DNA of 64,000 bases from a virus, in the IMG/VR virus record IMGVR_UViG_3300032805_000003, positions 24,939 to 88,938 of that record. One strand, given 5' to 3'. The notes beneath the pieces were generated by a model. That model was not told the DNA's origin. It ran no database searches and saw only the letters and a program-made list of their open reading frames with translations. The position numbers were made by a program, and so were the translations under genes. This document shows, piece after piece, positions 17,983-26,537 of this stretch. Position 1 is the first letter of the stretch. The number at the start of each line of letters is the position of its first letter.

Positions 17983-18876
17983 ATGCACATCTTCCTCGCT
18001 CTCGCGATCCTGGGGCTGGCGGTGTACGGCGCTGGCGCTATGACGACCCGCATGGTCCGGCACGTCGCCAGCAGCGCCAGCAGCACCCCCGGCGCGAAGC
18101 GAGTCGCCGGCCAGGTCCAGCAACGCGGCCGCGCCGCCCGGGGTGCCGCCGGAACCAGAAGCAAGCAAGCTGCTCAAGTCGGCCAGCGGCGGATCAGCGA
18201 GATCTGGCATGAAGCGTTCGCTTTGAACTGGCTGGAGAAACACCGGGCCCGCCGGGCGGCGAACCCGGGCAGCGTGCGGCCAGTCCGGCAGCGCGTCACT
18301 GAATGGATCGGCGCTCGCCGCAAGCCGCCAGCCTCGGGCAGTCAGCCACAGCAGCCGATCGCGCCACCAGGACCATCCAGCACGCTGGGCGGGGCCATGC
18401 CACCGCCCGCGGCCAAGCCTGCCGCCCCGGCCGCGCATCCCGCGCCGGCTACCCACTCGCCTTCGCACCCGCCGTCGACTAACGGAAAGGCTCCTACTCC
18501 GATGACCCAGCCCGTCAGCGCCCCCCCTGTCTCCGGAGCATCCGGAGACCTGTTCACCGCCGCCAACCAGCTCGTCGGATCCTCCCTCGCCGGCGGGATG
18601 CAGTCCAAGCGCCGCGGTGTGCACACCCTCGCCGAAGCAGTCGACTACTTCGCGAACCTGCTCCACCAGTTCTCGTCCCGGCTGGCCGAACCCGACCAGG
18701 GATATCCGGCGGCCGTGTGGGAGCCGATCGCCCAGGCTGCCGCGCATCTCAAGGGATGCGGCTCCAAGCTCGGCGAATCCGACACCGCGCTCGCCACCCT
18801 CGCGAACACGCCGATGGGCGACGTCGCGACCTCTACCGTCAAGTCGCCTCACCACGACCAGGTGAACAGTGAGTAA
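17983..18876 (+). CDS. Membrane-anchored Pro-rich protein upstream of traB (TraA/Spd-like)
   Basis: N-terminal TM, Pro linker, helical C-domain; possible internal start at 18502 with GAAAGG RBS. Confidence 0.6.
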   Translation: MHIFLALAILGLAVYGAGAMTTRMVRHVASSASSTPGAKRVAGQVQQRGRAARGAAGTRSKQAAQVGQRRISEIWHEAFALNWLEKHRARRAANPGSVRPVRQRVTEWIGARRKPPASGSQPQQPIAPPGPSSTLGGAMPPPAAKPAAPAAHPAPATHSPSHPPSTNGKAPTPMTQPVSAPPVSGASGDLFTAANQLVGSSLAGGMQSKRRGVHTLAEAVDYFANLLHQFSSRLAEPDQGYPAAVWEPIAQAAAHLKGCGSKLGESDTALATLANTPMGDVATSTVKSPHHDQVNSE

Positions 18877-20920
18877 GACCGCCGCCCCCCCGCACCCGCC
18901 CCAGAGCTTGCCCGGCAAGCCCAGGTTCACCTGGCTCGTGCCGCTGTGGATGCGACGTCACCGGCATCTGACCGTGCCGCTCCTGCTTGTCCCGGCCGTC
19001 TTCCCGGCTGCCGGGCTAGCGCTGCACACCAGCCGCTGGCGGGCCGAAACGCTGATCGCCTCCGGTGTCGTCCTGGCCTGCGTCTGGTTCTTCGCCCCCC
19101 ACAAATGGGACCGCCCGGCGGAACGCTTCTACGCGATCGCGTCCGTCGCCGCCGCCGGCGGCTGGCTGACGTTCGCCGCCTACCGCGGCTTCAGCCGGTG
19201 GACCTGGATCGCCGCCGTCGTCCTCGCCGCCCTCTGGGGAGTGCCGTGGTGGTGGCACAAGCGGGTGCGCTTGTACTCGAGCTCGGCCCGCCTGGTCCGG
19301 TCCTGGAACAGCTGGTGGCAGGCCAACTCGCATCTGTGGAACGGCCAGGGCTCTGGTGTGATCGACCTTGACCCGCGCCGGGACGTCGAAGAGCTCCGGA
19401 TCCAGCTGGTCCCCGGCGTCCACCATGCTGAGGTGGTCAAAGACTGGCTGCCGCGGATCGAATCCGCGCTTCAGGGCTATGTCCGGCACGGGATGGTCCG
19501 CGGCCAGGTCGACCCGCGCAACCCGTCTCAGGCGCTGATCCAGCTGCGCCGCGAGAACCCGCTCCGCGACGACGTCGAATGGGATCCGAAGCAAGCCCCG
19601 TCGACGATCACCCAGCCGGCGCCGATCGGGAAACACGGCGCCGGTAACTGGGTCAAGACGTTGCTGCTGCGTAACTGGTTCGTCCTCGGGATGACCCGCT
19701 GGGGCAAGTCGAACTGGCTGTCAGCGTTCCTGGCTACCGTCAGCCAGTGCGACGACGCGCTGCCCTGGCTGATCGACATGAAAGGCGGCCGGGCGACCCG
19801 CCCCTGGCTGCCCGCCCTGGACTGGGCCGCGGTGACGATCGACGAAGCCCGCCTGCTGCTCGGCTGCGCGCTGGCCGAGATCCAGGCCCGCGCTGAAGAC
19901 GCCGAATCCGAAACCGAGCAGCTGGAGCCGACCCCGGAAGTCCCGGCCCTGTTCGTGATCATCGACGAGACGCATGAGGTGACGTCGCTGCCGGTCGGTG
20001 ACACCGAATGCGCGGTCCAGCTGTCGCGGGTGGTATCCCTCGGCAACGGCCTGGCGGTCTACGGGGTGGTGGCGACACAGTACGGGTCGCTGGACGAGTC
20101 GGTCCGGTTCGCCCAGACCCGCGCGAACCTGGACGGCCGGGTCTGCTTCCATGTCGCCTCCAGCCGCGACGGCCAGTTCGCGCTGGAAGACTGGGCGAAG
20201 CTGGACGCGTCCCGCCTGGACGTCCCCGGCTCGTTCTATTACCAGCTCGGCGCTCGGGCGTCTGTCGAAGACGCCAAAGGCCCGCACATGCCGCACGCTC
20301 TTGTCCGGATGATCGCCGCGGCGAACGGCAAGCTGCGGGCCAGCCGGCCGCCGCTGCGGCTGTATTGCGGTGACCGGCCGATCAGCGACCAGCCGGGTGC
20401 GCCGACCTGGCAGCAGGTCTACGACGACCGGTGGAGGCGGTTGCCGGCCAAGTTCTGGAAAGACGCCCCGCAGTGCGACGGGCTGGCCGTCCCGGGCCCG
20501 GCCTCTCCCCCGGTCGCAGCCCCGGCACCGTCGCCGGCTGCAGCCGGGCTGGCCGCCGACGCCGCGGCGATCGCCGCCCGGATCGAAGCTGACATCGCCG
20601 GCACCCCGGATATCAACCCGGGGCAGCTGGCGCGGATCCCGTCCGAGATCGAGCTCGAAACCGAGACGCTGCGCAAGATGGCCATGTTCGCTCGCTTGCT
20701 GACCGACGCCGACCCGCACATCACCCCGAAGGATCTTGTGAGCAAGTCGGGGATGTCGCGGGCGTGGATCATGGCGATGCTGCCTGATCTGGTCACAGAC
20801 GAGGTTGTGATCAACTCTGGCAAGGGCCAGTACCGGGCAGTGCCGGGTGCTGACGTCTGGGCTGCTATCGAGGCCATCCGGGACCGGCGGGCCAGGTCGC
20901 TGACCGGGGCGACAGCCTGA
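18869..20920 (+). CDS. TraB/TraSA-like FtsK-SpoIIIE conjugative DNA translocase
   Basis: N-terminal TM helices, Walker A GMTRWGKS, IDMKGG, Walker B FVIIDE, ATQY, C-terminal wHTH (SRAWI...L). Confidence 0.85.
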   Translation: MSKTAAPPHPPQSLPGKPRFTWLVPLWMRRHRHLTVPLLLVPAVFPAAGLALHTSRWRAETLIASGVVLACVWFFAPHKWDRPAERFYAIASVAAAGGWLTFAAYRGFSRWTWIAAVVLAALWGVPWWWHKRVRLYSSSARLVRSWNSWWQANSHLWNGQGSGVIDLDPRRDVEELRIQLVPGVHHAEVVKDWLPRIESALQGYVRHGMVRGQVDPRNPSQALIQLRRENPLRDDVEWDPKQAPSTITQPAPIGKHGAGNWVKTLLLRNWFVLGMTRWGKSNWLSAFLATVSQCDDALPWLIDMKGGRATRPWLPALDWAAVTIDEARLLLGCALAEIQARAEDAESETEQLEPTPEVPALFVIIDETHEVTSLPVGDTECAVQLSRVVSLGNGLAVYGVVATQYGSLDESVRFAQTRANLDGRVCFHVASSRDGQFALEDWAKLDASRLDVPGSFYYQLGARASVEDAKGPHMPHALVRMIAAANGKLRASRPPLRLYCGDRPISDQPGAPTWQQVYDDRWRRLPAKFWKDAPQCDGLAVPGPASPPVAAPAPSPAAAGLAADAAAIAARIEADIAGTPDINPGQLARIPSEIELETETLRKMAMFARLLTDADPHITPKDLVSKSGMSRAWIMAMLPDLVTDEVVINSGKGQYRAVPGADVWAAIEAIRDRRARSLTGATA

Positions 20921-21110
20921 GGTGTCCAGGAGGCCGGACGGTGCCTGTCGCATCCCGCAGCAGGCGCCTACGCGCGCGCGCGCGAGTGGACATCCAGCTG
21001 GACACCAGCGCTGTCCAGCTGGACACCCCGCTGGACACCAGGGGACCGGATCAAACCAGCCGATAGACACCAGCCCAGGGCAAAGCCGCCCGTAGACACC
21101 GATAGACACC
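20921..21110 (+). repeat. clt-like locus: 8-bp repeats TRGACACC
   Basis: Direct copies at 20999, 21020, 21032, 21064, 21093, 21103, variant at 20987, inverted copy at 20921; immediately after traB. Confidence 0.7.
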
Positions 21111-21133
21111 AGCAGAACAGAAGGTGAGGGATC

Positions 21134-21802
21134 ATGCTCGGTCGTGAACACGCCCTGTCCGGGCTAGCCGCCGGGCTGGCCGTCGCCGGGCTCGGGCTGC
21201 ATCTGCACACCGGCCCGCTGCTGGCGCTGGCTGCCGGAACCGGCGCGTTCGCCACCGTCCCGGACATGGACACCCTCCATTCGTGCGCCGCCCGGTCGCT
21301 CGGTTTCCTGTCCGAAGCGTTCGCCTTGCTGATCGAAAAACTGTCGGGCGGGCACCGGCACGCCACCCACAGCCTGCTCGGCGTCGCGGTGTTCACCCTG
21401 GACGCCCAGATAGCGTGCTATTACCGGCATGACCCGGGCGGCCGGATCGGCCTCGGCCTGGTCCTGGCGATCGCGCTGGCCGCAGGCCTGCGCGCGCTGC
21501 ATGTCCACCGGAACCTGGCTGACCTGCTCGCGCTGCCCGCCGCCGCGGCGATCGCGGTAACCGGCTGGAACCTCGAGCTGGTGCCGCTGGCGTGCGGCCT
21601 GGGCTGCCTGACGCACATCACCGGAGACATGCTGACCACCGAAGGCTGCCCGCTGGCCTGGCCGGTGACGCTCAAGCATTACCGGCTGCTGCCCGGCCCG
21701 CTGGATTTCACCACCGGCACCTGGCGCGAAACCTGGGTCGTGTTCCCCAGCCTGCTGGGAGCGATCGGGTTGCTCGGTTACCTGGCTGTGACAACACACT
21801 GA
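21134..21802 (+). CDS. YdjM-like membrane-bound metal-dependent hydrolase
   Basis: H, PDMD, HRHATHS, HITGDMLT..G.PL.WP motifs. Confidence 0.85.
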   Translation: MLGREHALSGLAAGLAVAGLGLHLHTGPLLALAAGTGAFATVPDMDTLHSCAARSLGFLSEAFALLIEKLSGGHRHATHSLLGVAVFTLDAQIACYYRHDPGGRIGLGLVLAIALAAGLRALHVHRNLADLLALPAAAAIAVTGWNLELVPLACGLGCLTHITGDMLTTEGCPLAWPVTLKHYRLLPGPLDFTTGTWRETWVVFPSLLGAIGLLGYLAVTTH

Positions 21803-21839
21803 CCAGATGTCCTCCGCTACCCCCGGGAAAGGCGCGACC

Positions 21840-22784
21840 ATGGCTGACATGGCAGACAACACCCCCGCGCACGCCGTCCGCCCGCGTTCGTTCGAACCGG
21901 AACAGAAAGCTGTCCTCGCGCTCCTGATCGCCGTCGTCGCAGTGATCCTGGTTGCCTACGGGGCGGCCGCGTCGTACGACAACCTGTGGCATCTGGCGCT
22001 CGCCCGCGGTGTGCCGTTGCCGCGGCTGATGCCGGTCGGGCTGGACGGCGGCCTGATCGGCACCGTCGCCCTGGACCTGGCGCTCACATGGGCCGGATAC
22101 CCGCTGTGGTGGCTGCGGTGGATCGCCCGCCTGTTCGCGTTCGCGACGATCGCCGCCAACGCTCTGGCGGGCTGGCCGAACCCGGTAGGCATGTTCCTGC
22201 GGATGGCCGCCCCGGCGCTGATCGTCGTCATCACTGAAGCTGTCCGGGCAGTGTTGCTCAAGCGGCGGCGGGAGATCGCCAGCGACCGGATCCCGGGTGC
22301 CCGCTGGCTGCTGGCACCACGGCAGACGTTCGCGATGTGGAAGCGGATGAAGCTGTGGAACATCACCGTCTACAGCAAGGCAGTCACGATGGAGCTCGCC
22401 CGGCTGCGCGCGATCGAGGCGCTAGCCGACTATTACAAGACGCGGGACTGGCGCGCGCTAGCGCCCGGGTCGCTGGTCTGGATGCTGGACGCGGGTGTCC
22501 ACATGGACGACGCGCTGGCGGCTGTGGCGGTTCTCACCGCCCCGCCAGAAGCCTCGCCAGAACAGACGCCAAAGGCCCGCCAGAAGCCTCGCCAAACCAG
22601 CCGCCAGAACGCTCGCCAGAAGCCTCGCCAGGAGACCGCCGCCGCGCGCGAAAAGGCGAAGCGTCTCATGACCGACGACTGGACGATGCCGCTGGCGGAT
22701 GTGGCCGCCCAGACCGGGTTGTCCGAGCGGACCGTCAGCCGGGTCCGGAGCCAGATGCCCCGCCCGCTCCGGTCCACAGGATGA
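21840..22784 (+). CDS. DUF2637/SpdA-like membrane protein with C-terminal HTH
   Basis: ASY..L..LA...G.....PVGLDG, 4 TMs, IP..RWLLAP, C-terminal VAAQTGLSERTVSRVR. Confidence 0.75.
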   Translation: MADMADNTPAHAVRPRSFEPEQKAVLALLIAVVAVILVAYGAAASYDNLWHLALARGVPLPRLMPVGLDGGLIGTVALDLALTWAGYPLWWLRWIARLFAFATIAANALAGWPNPVGMFLRMAAPALIVVITEAVRAVLLKRRREIASDRIPGARWLLAPRQTFAMWKRMKLWNITVYSKAVTMELARLRAIEALADYYKTRDWRALAPGSLVWMLDAGVHMDDALAAVAVLTAPPEASPEQTPKARQKPRQTSRQNARQKPRQETAAAREKAKRLMTDDWTMPLADVAAQTGLSERTVSRVRSQMPRPLRSTG

Positions 22785-23032
22785 CGGACGACTTCGGCGA
22801 GTTTCAGTTCACCAGCCTGGCCGGCGGGCTGCGCTGGCGGATCGACCGGGCTGACCCGCGCATCCGGATCAGCGGCCAGATCGTCCGGATGGGCCTCGCC
22901 CGCGAGCTGGCACCCGGCGCCGAGCTCACCAGCGACCGGCTGGTGATCTGCGGCGAGAACCAGCGAGTGATCTACCAGATCGGGCCGTACCATCAGGACG
23001 AAGACTGGTACGAAGCCTGGTGGCCGGACTGA
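22781..23032 (+). CDS. Hypothetical protein
   Basis: ATGA overlap with upstream stop; MTDDFGEF... Confidence 0.55.
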   Translation: MTDDFGEFQFTSLAGGLRWRIDRADPRIRISGQIVRMGLARELAPGAELTSDRLVICGENQRVIYQIGPYHQDEDWYEAWWPD

Positions 23033-23106
23033 ATCTGGACGCCGCGACCAGATCGTGACCGGCAGAAAGGCGCAGAAACCTGCGCTTGTCTGGTATCAAT
23101 TGCGCC

Positions 23107-23709
23107 ATGGCCGACTCTGCGTCCAACGGATCCAGCCCTGCCGCCGGCGATGTCCCTGACGGTCTGCGCCCAGCCCCCGCGCTTGTCATCGCAGACTTGT
23201 TCGCCCGCAAGCTAGCCGAATTCCTGGGCTCCTGGATCGCCCAGCAGCCCCAGATGCTTGCCAGCGTCCTCGCGCAAACCAAACTCAAGCAGCCGATGTG
23301 CGCTCAATGCCTGCTGCAACGACTCCTCTGGGAAGCCAGATACGACACCGAGCTGGACGCCGCCCTGGCGACCGCTATAACCGAGAACGGGATCGCGGAA
23401 CGCGCCGACCCCCGCGTCGGCAGCCTGGACCTGGCCGCGTACCTTCCCGAGCCTTTGCGACCGCATCCGTCTAAACCGTGGGACGGCGACCGGATGCCGC
23501 AAATCCTCGACGGGGTGACGTTCGCCTCAGGGTCCTGGTGCTGCCCGTTCCATATCCCGGGCGCACCCCCGCCTGACGGCGTAACCCCGCTCGCCGCAGT
23601 GCTGAACCAGCGACCGCCACTTATCGCGATGCCCGGCATCAGCCTGTCCGCGGCGGCAGCGATAGCGATGGGCAACGTCCCGGGACTGCCGGGAGCCCCT
23701 GGACAGTGA
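23107..23709 (+). CDS. Hypothetical protein (CxxC...CxxH)
   Basis: ORF coupled to next gene. Confidence 0.55.
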   Translation: MADSASNGSSPAAGDVPDGLRPAPALVIADLFARKLAEFLGSWIAQQPQMLASVLAQTKLKQPMCAQCLLQRLLWEARYDTELDAALATAITENGIAERADPRVGSLDLAAYLPEPLRPHPSKPWDGDRMPQILDGVTFASGSWCCPFHIPGAPPPDGVTPLAAVLNQRPPLIAMPGISLSAAAAIAMGNVPGLPGAPGQ

Positions 23710-24419
23710 ACTGCCCGGGCACCTGCAACGCCGAGTACCGCAAACTGAAAGCGATCTACGACGACGCAGTCCGCCGGTACGACGCCACTCTCGCCAGCTT
23801 GCCCGACGGTGCGCCCGTGCCGGACCCGCCCCACCCGCCGCGGCTGCGCGCGTTCGAAGGCCGGCCGGTCTGGTGCGGCCGGTGCGCGTCGGTCATCCGG
23901 ATCCAGCTGGCCGAACTCGACGAGCTAGCCGCGTTGCTGGCCGCGCTCCCGCCCGGGATCCGGCCCGCGTCTGACACGCCGCGTAACCCGGGGAAAGTAG
24001 ACGGCACACCGGCTATCCAGTCACCGTCACCCGCCGGTGACGACCTGGACGAGCTAGAACGCTGGCTCGCCGGCTGGGAACGAGACTGGCGGCATGCCCG
24101 CGGCTGGCCGTCGCCGCCGAAACGAGGTGTGCTGGCCACCCCGATCACCACGATGGTCGCCTGGCTCGGGCTGCGCCTTGACGCCATCGTCGCCGACGCG
24201 GACTACGGGGAACGGTTCGGGCTGGAAACCTTCCGCTGGCACCGGGTCATGCGCCGGAAATCGCACGCCGCGTCGTTCTCCCGCTTCGTCAGGCAACCGT
24301 GCCCCAGCTGCAAGAGATACACCCTGTGGGAGAAAGTCGGCGAACCGTATATCTCATGCGTTTACGAGCCGTGCGCCCGCCGGCTGACCCGCGAAGACCT
24401 CGAGCGGGAGTCAGCGTGA
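23706..24419 (+). CDS. Zinc-finger protein, candidate late-gene regulator
   Basis: CPGTC, CGRC, CPSC...C...C motifs; lies before a strong promoter and the packaging genes. Confidence 0.55.
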   Translation: MNCPGTCNAEYRKLKAIYDDAVRRYDATLASLPDGAPVPDPPHPPRLRAFEGRPVWCGRCASVIRIQLAELDELAALLAALPPGIRPASDTPRNPGKVDGTPAIQSPSPAGDDLDELERWLAGWERDWRHARGWPSPPKRGVLATPITTMVAWLGLRLDAIVADADYGERFGLETFRWHRVMRRKSHAASFSRFVRQPCPSCKRYTLWEKVGEPYISCVYEPCARRLTREDLERESA

Positions 24420-24427
24420 ACCCGGTG

Positions 24428-24457
24428 TTGACCGCACCGCCGGCGCCTGTGTACAGT
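24428..24457 (+). promoter_or_regulatory. Strong rightward sigma70-type promoter (candidate late promoter)
   Basis: TTGACC-N18-TACAGT. Confidence 0.6.
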
Positions 24458-24475
24458 GGCGCCAGCGAGACACGT

Positions 24476-24736
24476 ATGCCCTGGCCAGAGCCAGGGCTTT
24501 CTGTTTCTCCGGATCAGGTCGCCGCCCGGTACTTCACCATCGCCAGCGTGCCGTTGCTGACCGCTCCCGAGCTCGGCCAGATGCTCGGTATCCGGACCCG
24601 GACGATCTATGAATGGCGCCGGCGCGGGTTCCTGCGCGAACGCGGCCTGGACGACCAGGGCAGGTGGCTGTTCGACGTCGCTGAAGTCGCCGAAGTGCAC
24701 GCCACCCCCGGCTGCCGCAGGCGGGATCTCCGGTGA
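24476..24736 (+). CDS. MerR/excisionase-type HTH protein
   Basis: LLTAPELGQMLGIRTRTIYEWRRRG.L...G...FDVAEV; start could be 24416. Confidence 0.7.
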   Translation: MPWPEPGLSVSPDQVAARYFTIASVPLLTAPELGQMLGIRTRTIYEWRRRGFLRERGLDDQGRWLFDVAEVAEVHATPGCRRRDLR

Positions 24737-24894
24737 GCGTTTCCCCGGCGTGGGTCCAGCAGACCCTGTTCCAGCTGTACGGCCAGCTGGCTACCGCCCA
24801 GCAGTCGCTGGCGATGGCCCGTGACCTTGAGATGGAAGCCAAGTACGAGCATGACCGGGGCCCGATCGACCCGGGGCTTCGCGCGGAGACAGGT

Positions 24895-25323
24895 TCAGGC
24901 GGCCTGCTGGTTCGCGGCCTGACGCTTCTCGCACGCCGCCTCGGACTTGCACACCTGACGGCTCTGGGGGCGCGGGAAGACGAACCCGCACCTGACGCAC
25001 TCGCTGACTTTGCCCGGCCCGGCTGAGGCTTCGATCGCGTCGTTCGCTGCGTCGGCCGCAGCCTGCCCGGGGTCGCGCCCGTCCTCGAGCGCGGCGGCCG
25101 CAGCGGCGCACGCTGCCCGCTCGGCCGCGTTCTCGGCGGCAGACCGGAGCGAGTGACGCCGGACCCGGTCACGGATGGTGCTGACGGCGACGCCCATCTG
25201 GCGGGCGGTCTCGGCGTAGCTCCGGCCAGTGTCGACGTACATGTCGAACGCCATCTTGTCGAGCTCGGCCAGCGCGGCGGCGGCCTGGACCTCGGACAGA
25301 GGGGTCTGGGTGAGTGCAGCCAT
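24895..25323 (-). CDS. HTH protein with C-terminal Cys cluster
   Basis: AGGAGG RBS; SYAETARQMGVAVSTIRDRV; CVRC...C....C. Confidence 0.7.
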   Translation of the reverse strand: MAALTQTPLSEVQAAAALAELDKMAFDMYVDTGRSYAETARQMGVAVSTIRDRVRRHSLRSAAENAAERAACAAAAAALEDGRDPGQAAADAANDAIEASAGPGKVSECVRCGFVFPRPQSRQVCKSEAACEKRQAANQQAA

Positions 25324-25352
25324 CGGATCCTCCTGAAGTTCATGTCGTTGTG

Positions 25353-25391
25353 ATGTAGACGACTCTACGGCAAGCCTCCCAACCTACGCAA
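25353..25391 (-). promoter_or_regulatory. Leftward promoter with GTAG-N6-CTAC palindrome
   Basis: Minus strand TTGCGT-N18-TAGAGT-cgtctac. Confidence 0.6.
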
Positions 25392-25420
25392 CACGTATTG
25401 CCGAACTTTCCGGAGGTGGC

Positions 25421-25963
25421 GTGGCCGGCGAGATCACCCAGTTCCCGCACTGTGACCAGCGCATCCTCCACGCCCCCGGCGAATGCGAGTTCTGCGACCG
25501 CCACCCCGGATGGCAGCAGCTACGGCAAGCATGGGGGATCGCGTTCACCGGCCACCCGCCGCGCGCCGGCTTGCCGAAATGCGGCCGCCGGATGCGCAAC
25601 ACCTTCCCCGGCTACGGCAGCGACAAAATCCGCTGCCAGCAACCCGCCGGCCATCAAGACGAATGCCGCCCGTACCCGGCGTGGGACGTGCTGCCATGCC
25701 CAGCCGACGCAACCCGCCCGCCCGGCGCCTCGAATGATCACCGCCGCTGGGGCGGCAACAAGCCCACCACAGCCGCAAGCAACCCGGCCTGGCCCGCCGA
25801 AACAACCGCCAGCAAGATCCTGTACGGCGACAAAGGCGGCCGCCAGCTCTGGCCGCTACGCGAACAGATCACCCGCCGGGCCCGCCGCCCGATCGAGAAC
25901 TGGCGCATGCGACACCGCGGCTGGCGACGCGACGGCCCGTTCTGGATCCGGAAGCACTCCTGA
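25421..25963 (+). CDS. Hypothetical Cys/His-rich protein
   Basis: GGAGG RBS; HCD..ILHAP..C..CD and CQQPAGHQ motifs. Confidence 0.6.
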   Translation: MAGEITQFPHCDQRILHAPGECEFCDRHPGWQQLRQAWGIAFTGHPPRAGLPKCGRRMRNTFPGYGSDKIRCQQPAGHQDECRPYPAWDVLPCPADATRPPGASNDHRRWGGNKPTTAASNPAWPAETTASKILYGDKGGRQLWPLREQITRRARRPIENWRMRHRGWRRDGPFWIRKHS

Positions 25964-26015
25964 CCAGCTTTTTCGACGAACCCCATCAGCCCATCGCAAA
26001 CCACCTGGAGGTCCG

Positions 26016-26537
26016 ATGGCTCAGGGTCGCAAACGCGGGCTGGAACAGCGCGAGAAAGACCTCCGCGCGCTGGAAGCCCGCCGCCGTAACCTGACCTACC
26101 ACCAGATCGCCGCCAACCTCGGCTACTCGTCAGTGTCGGGAGCGTACGCCGCAGTCCAGCGCGCGCTCGAAGACAGCGTCCGCGAAGCAAGCGACGCGGT
26201 CCGGCAGCTGGAGCTTGACCGGCTGGACGAGCTCGCCCGCCACATGTACCGGATGCTGGCCGCCAGGCATGTGGTGGTGATCCAGAGCGGGAAAGACGCC
26301 GGCAAGCTGGTGACCGACGACGATACCGGGTTGCCGTTGCAAGACTGGGCGCCGGTCGAACGGGCTGTAGCCCGCCTCCAGTCCATCAGCGAAAGCCGCC
26401 GGAGGCTGCTGGGGCTGGACGCGCCAGTCCGCACGAAGGTGGAAGTGATCACCCGCGACCAGGTCGAAGACGCGATCATGCAGCTGGAGGCCCAGATTGC
26501 CCAGCGCGAGCGGGCTGCCGCCGAAGCTGCTGGTTGA
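26016..26537 (+). CDS. Terminase small subunit
   Basis: GGAGG RBS; HTH YHQIAANLGY, ELDRLD, RRRLLGLDAP; directly upstream of TerL. Confidence 0.8.
   Translation: MAQGRKRGLEQREKDLRALEARRRNLTYHQIAANLGYSSVSGAYAAVQRALEDSVREASDAVRQLELDRLDELARHMYRMLAARHVVVIQSGKDAGKLVTDDDTGLPLQDWAPVERAVARLQSISESRRRLLGLDAPVRTKVEVITRDQVEDAIMQLEAQIAQRERAAAEAAG

Noticed and set aside
18869-20920. FtsK ATPase as type VII secretion EccC or a packaging motor
   Set aside because: Single ATPase domain with wHTH end and adjacent 8-bp repeats; a separate terminase exists; no clear WXG100 genes
20971-20984. (CG)7 run as a functional Z-DNA element
   Set aside because: Short and in a high-GC genome; noted only as part of the clt-like region
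24733-25026. 97-aa plus-strand ORF
   Set aside because: Overlaps the better-supported minus-strand HTH gene by 132 bp and has no motif; left uncalled
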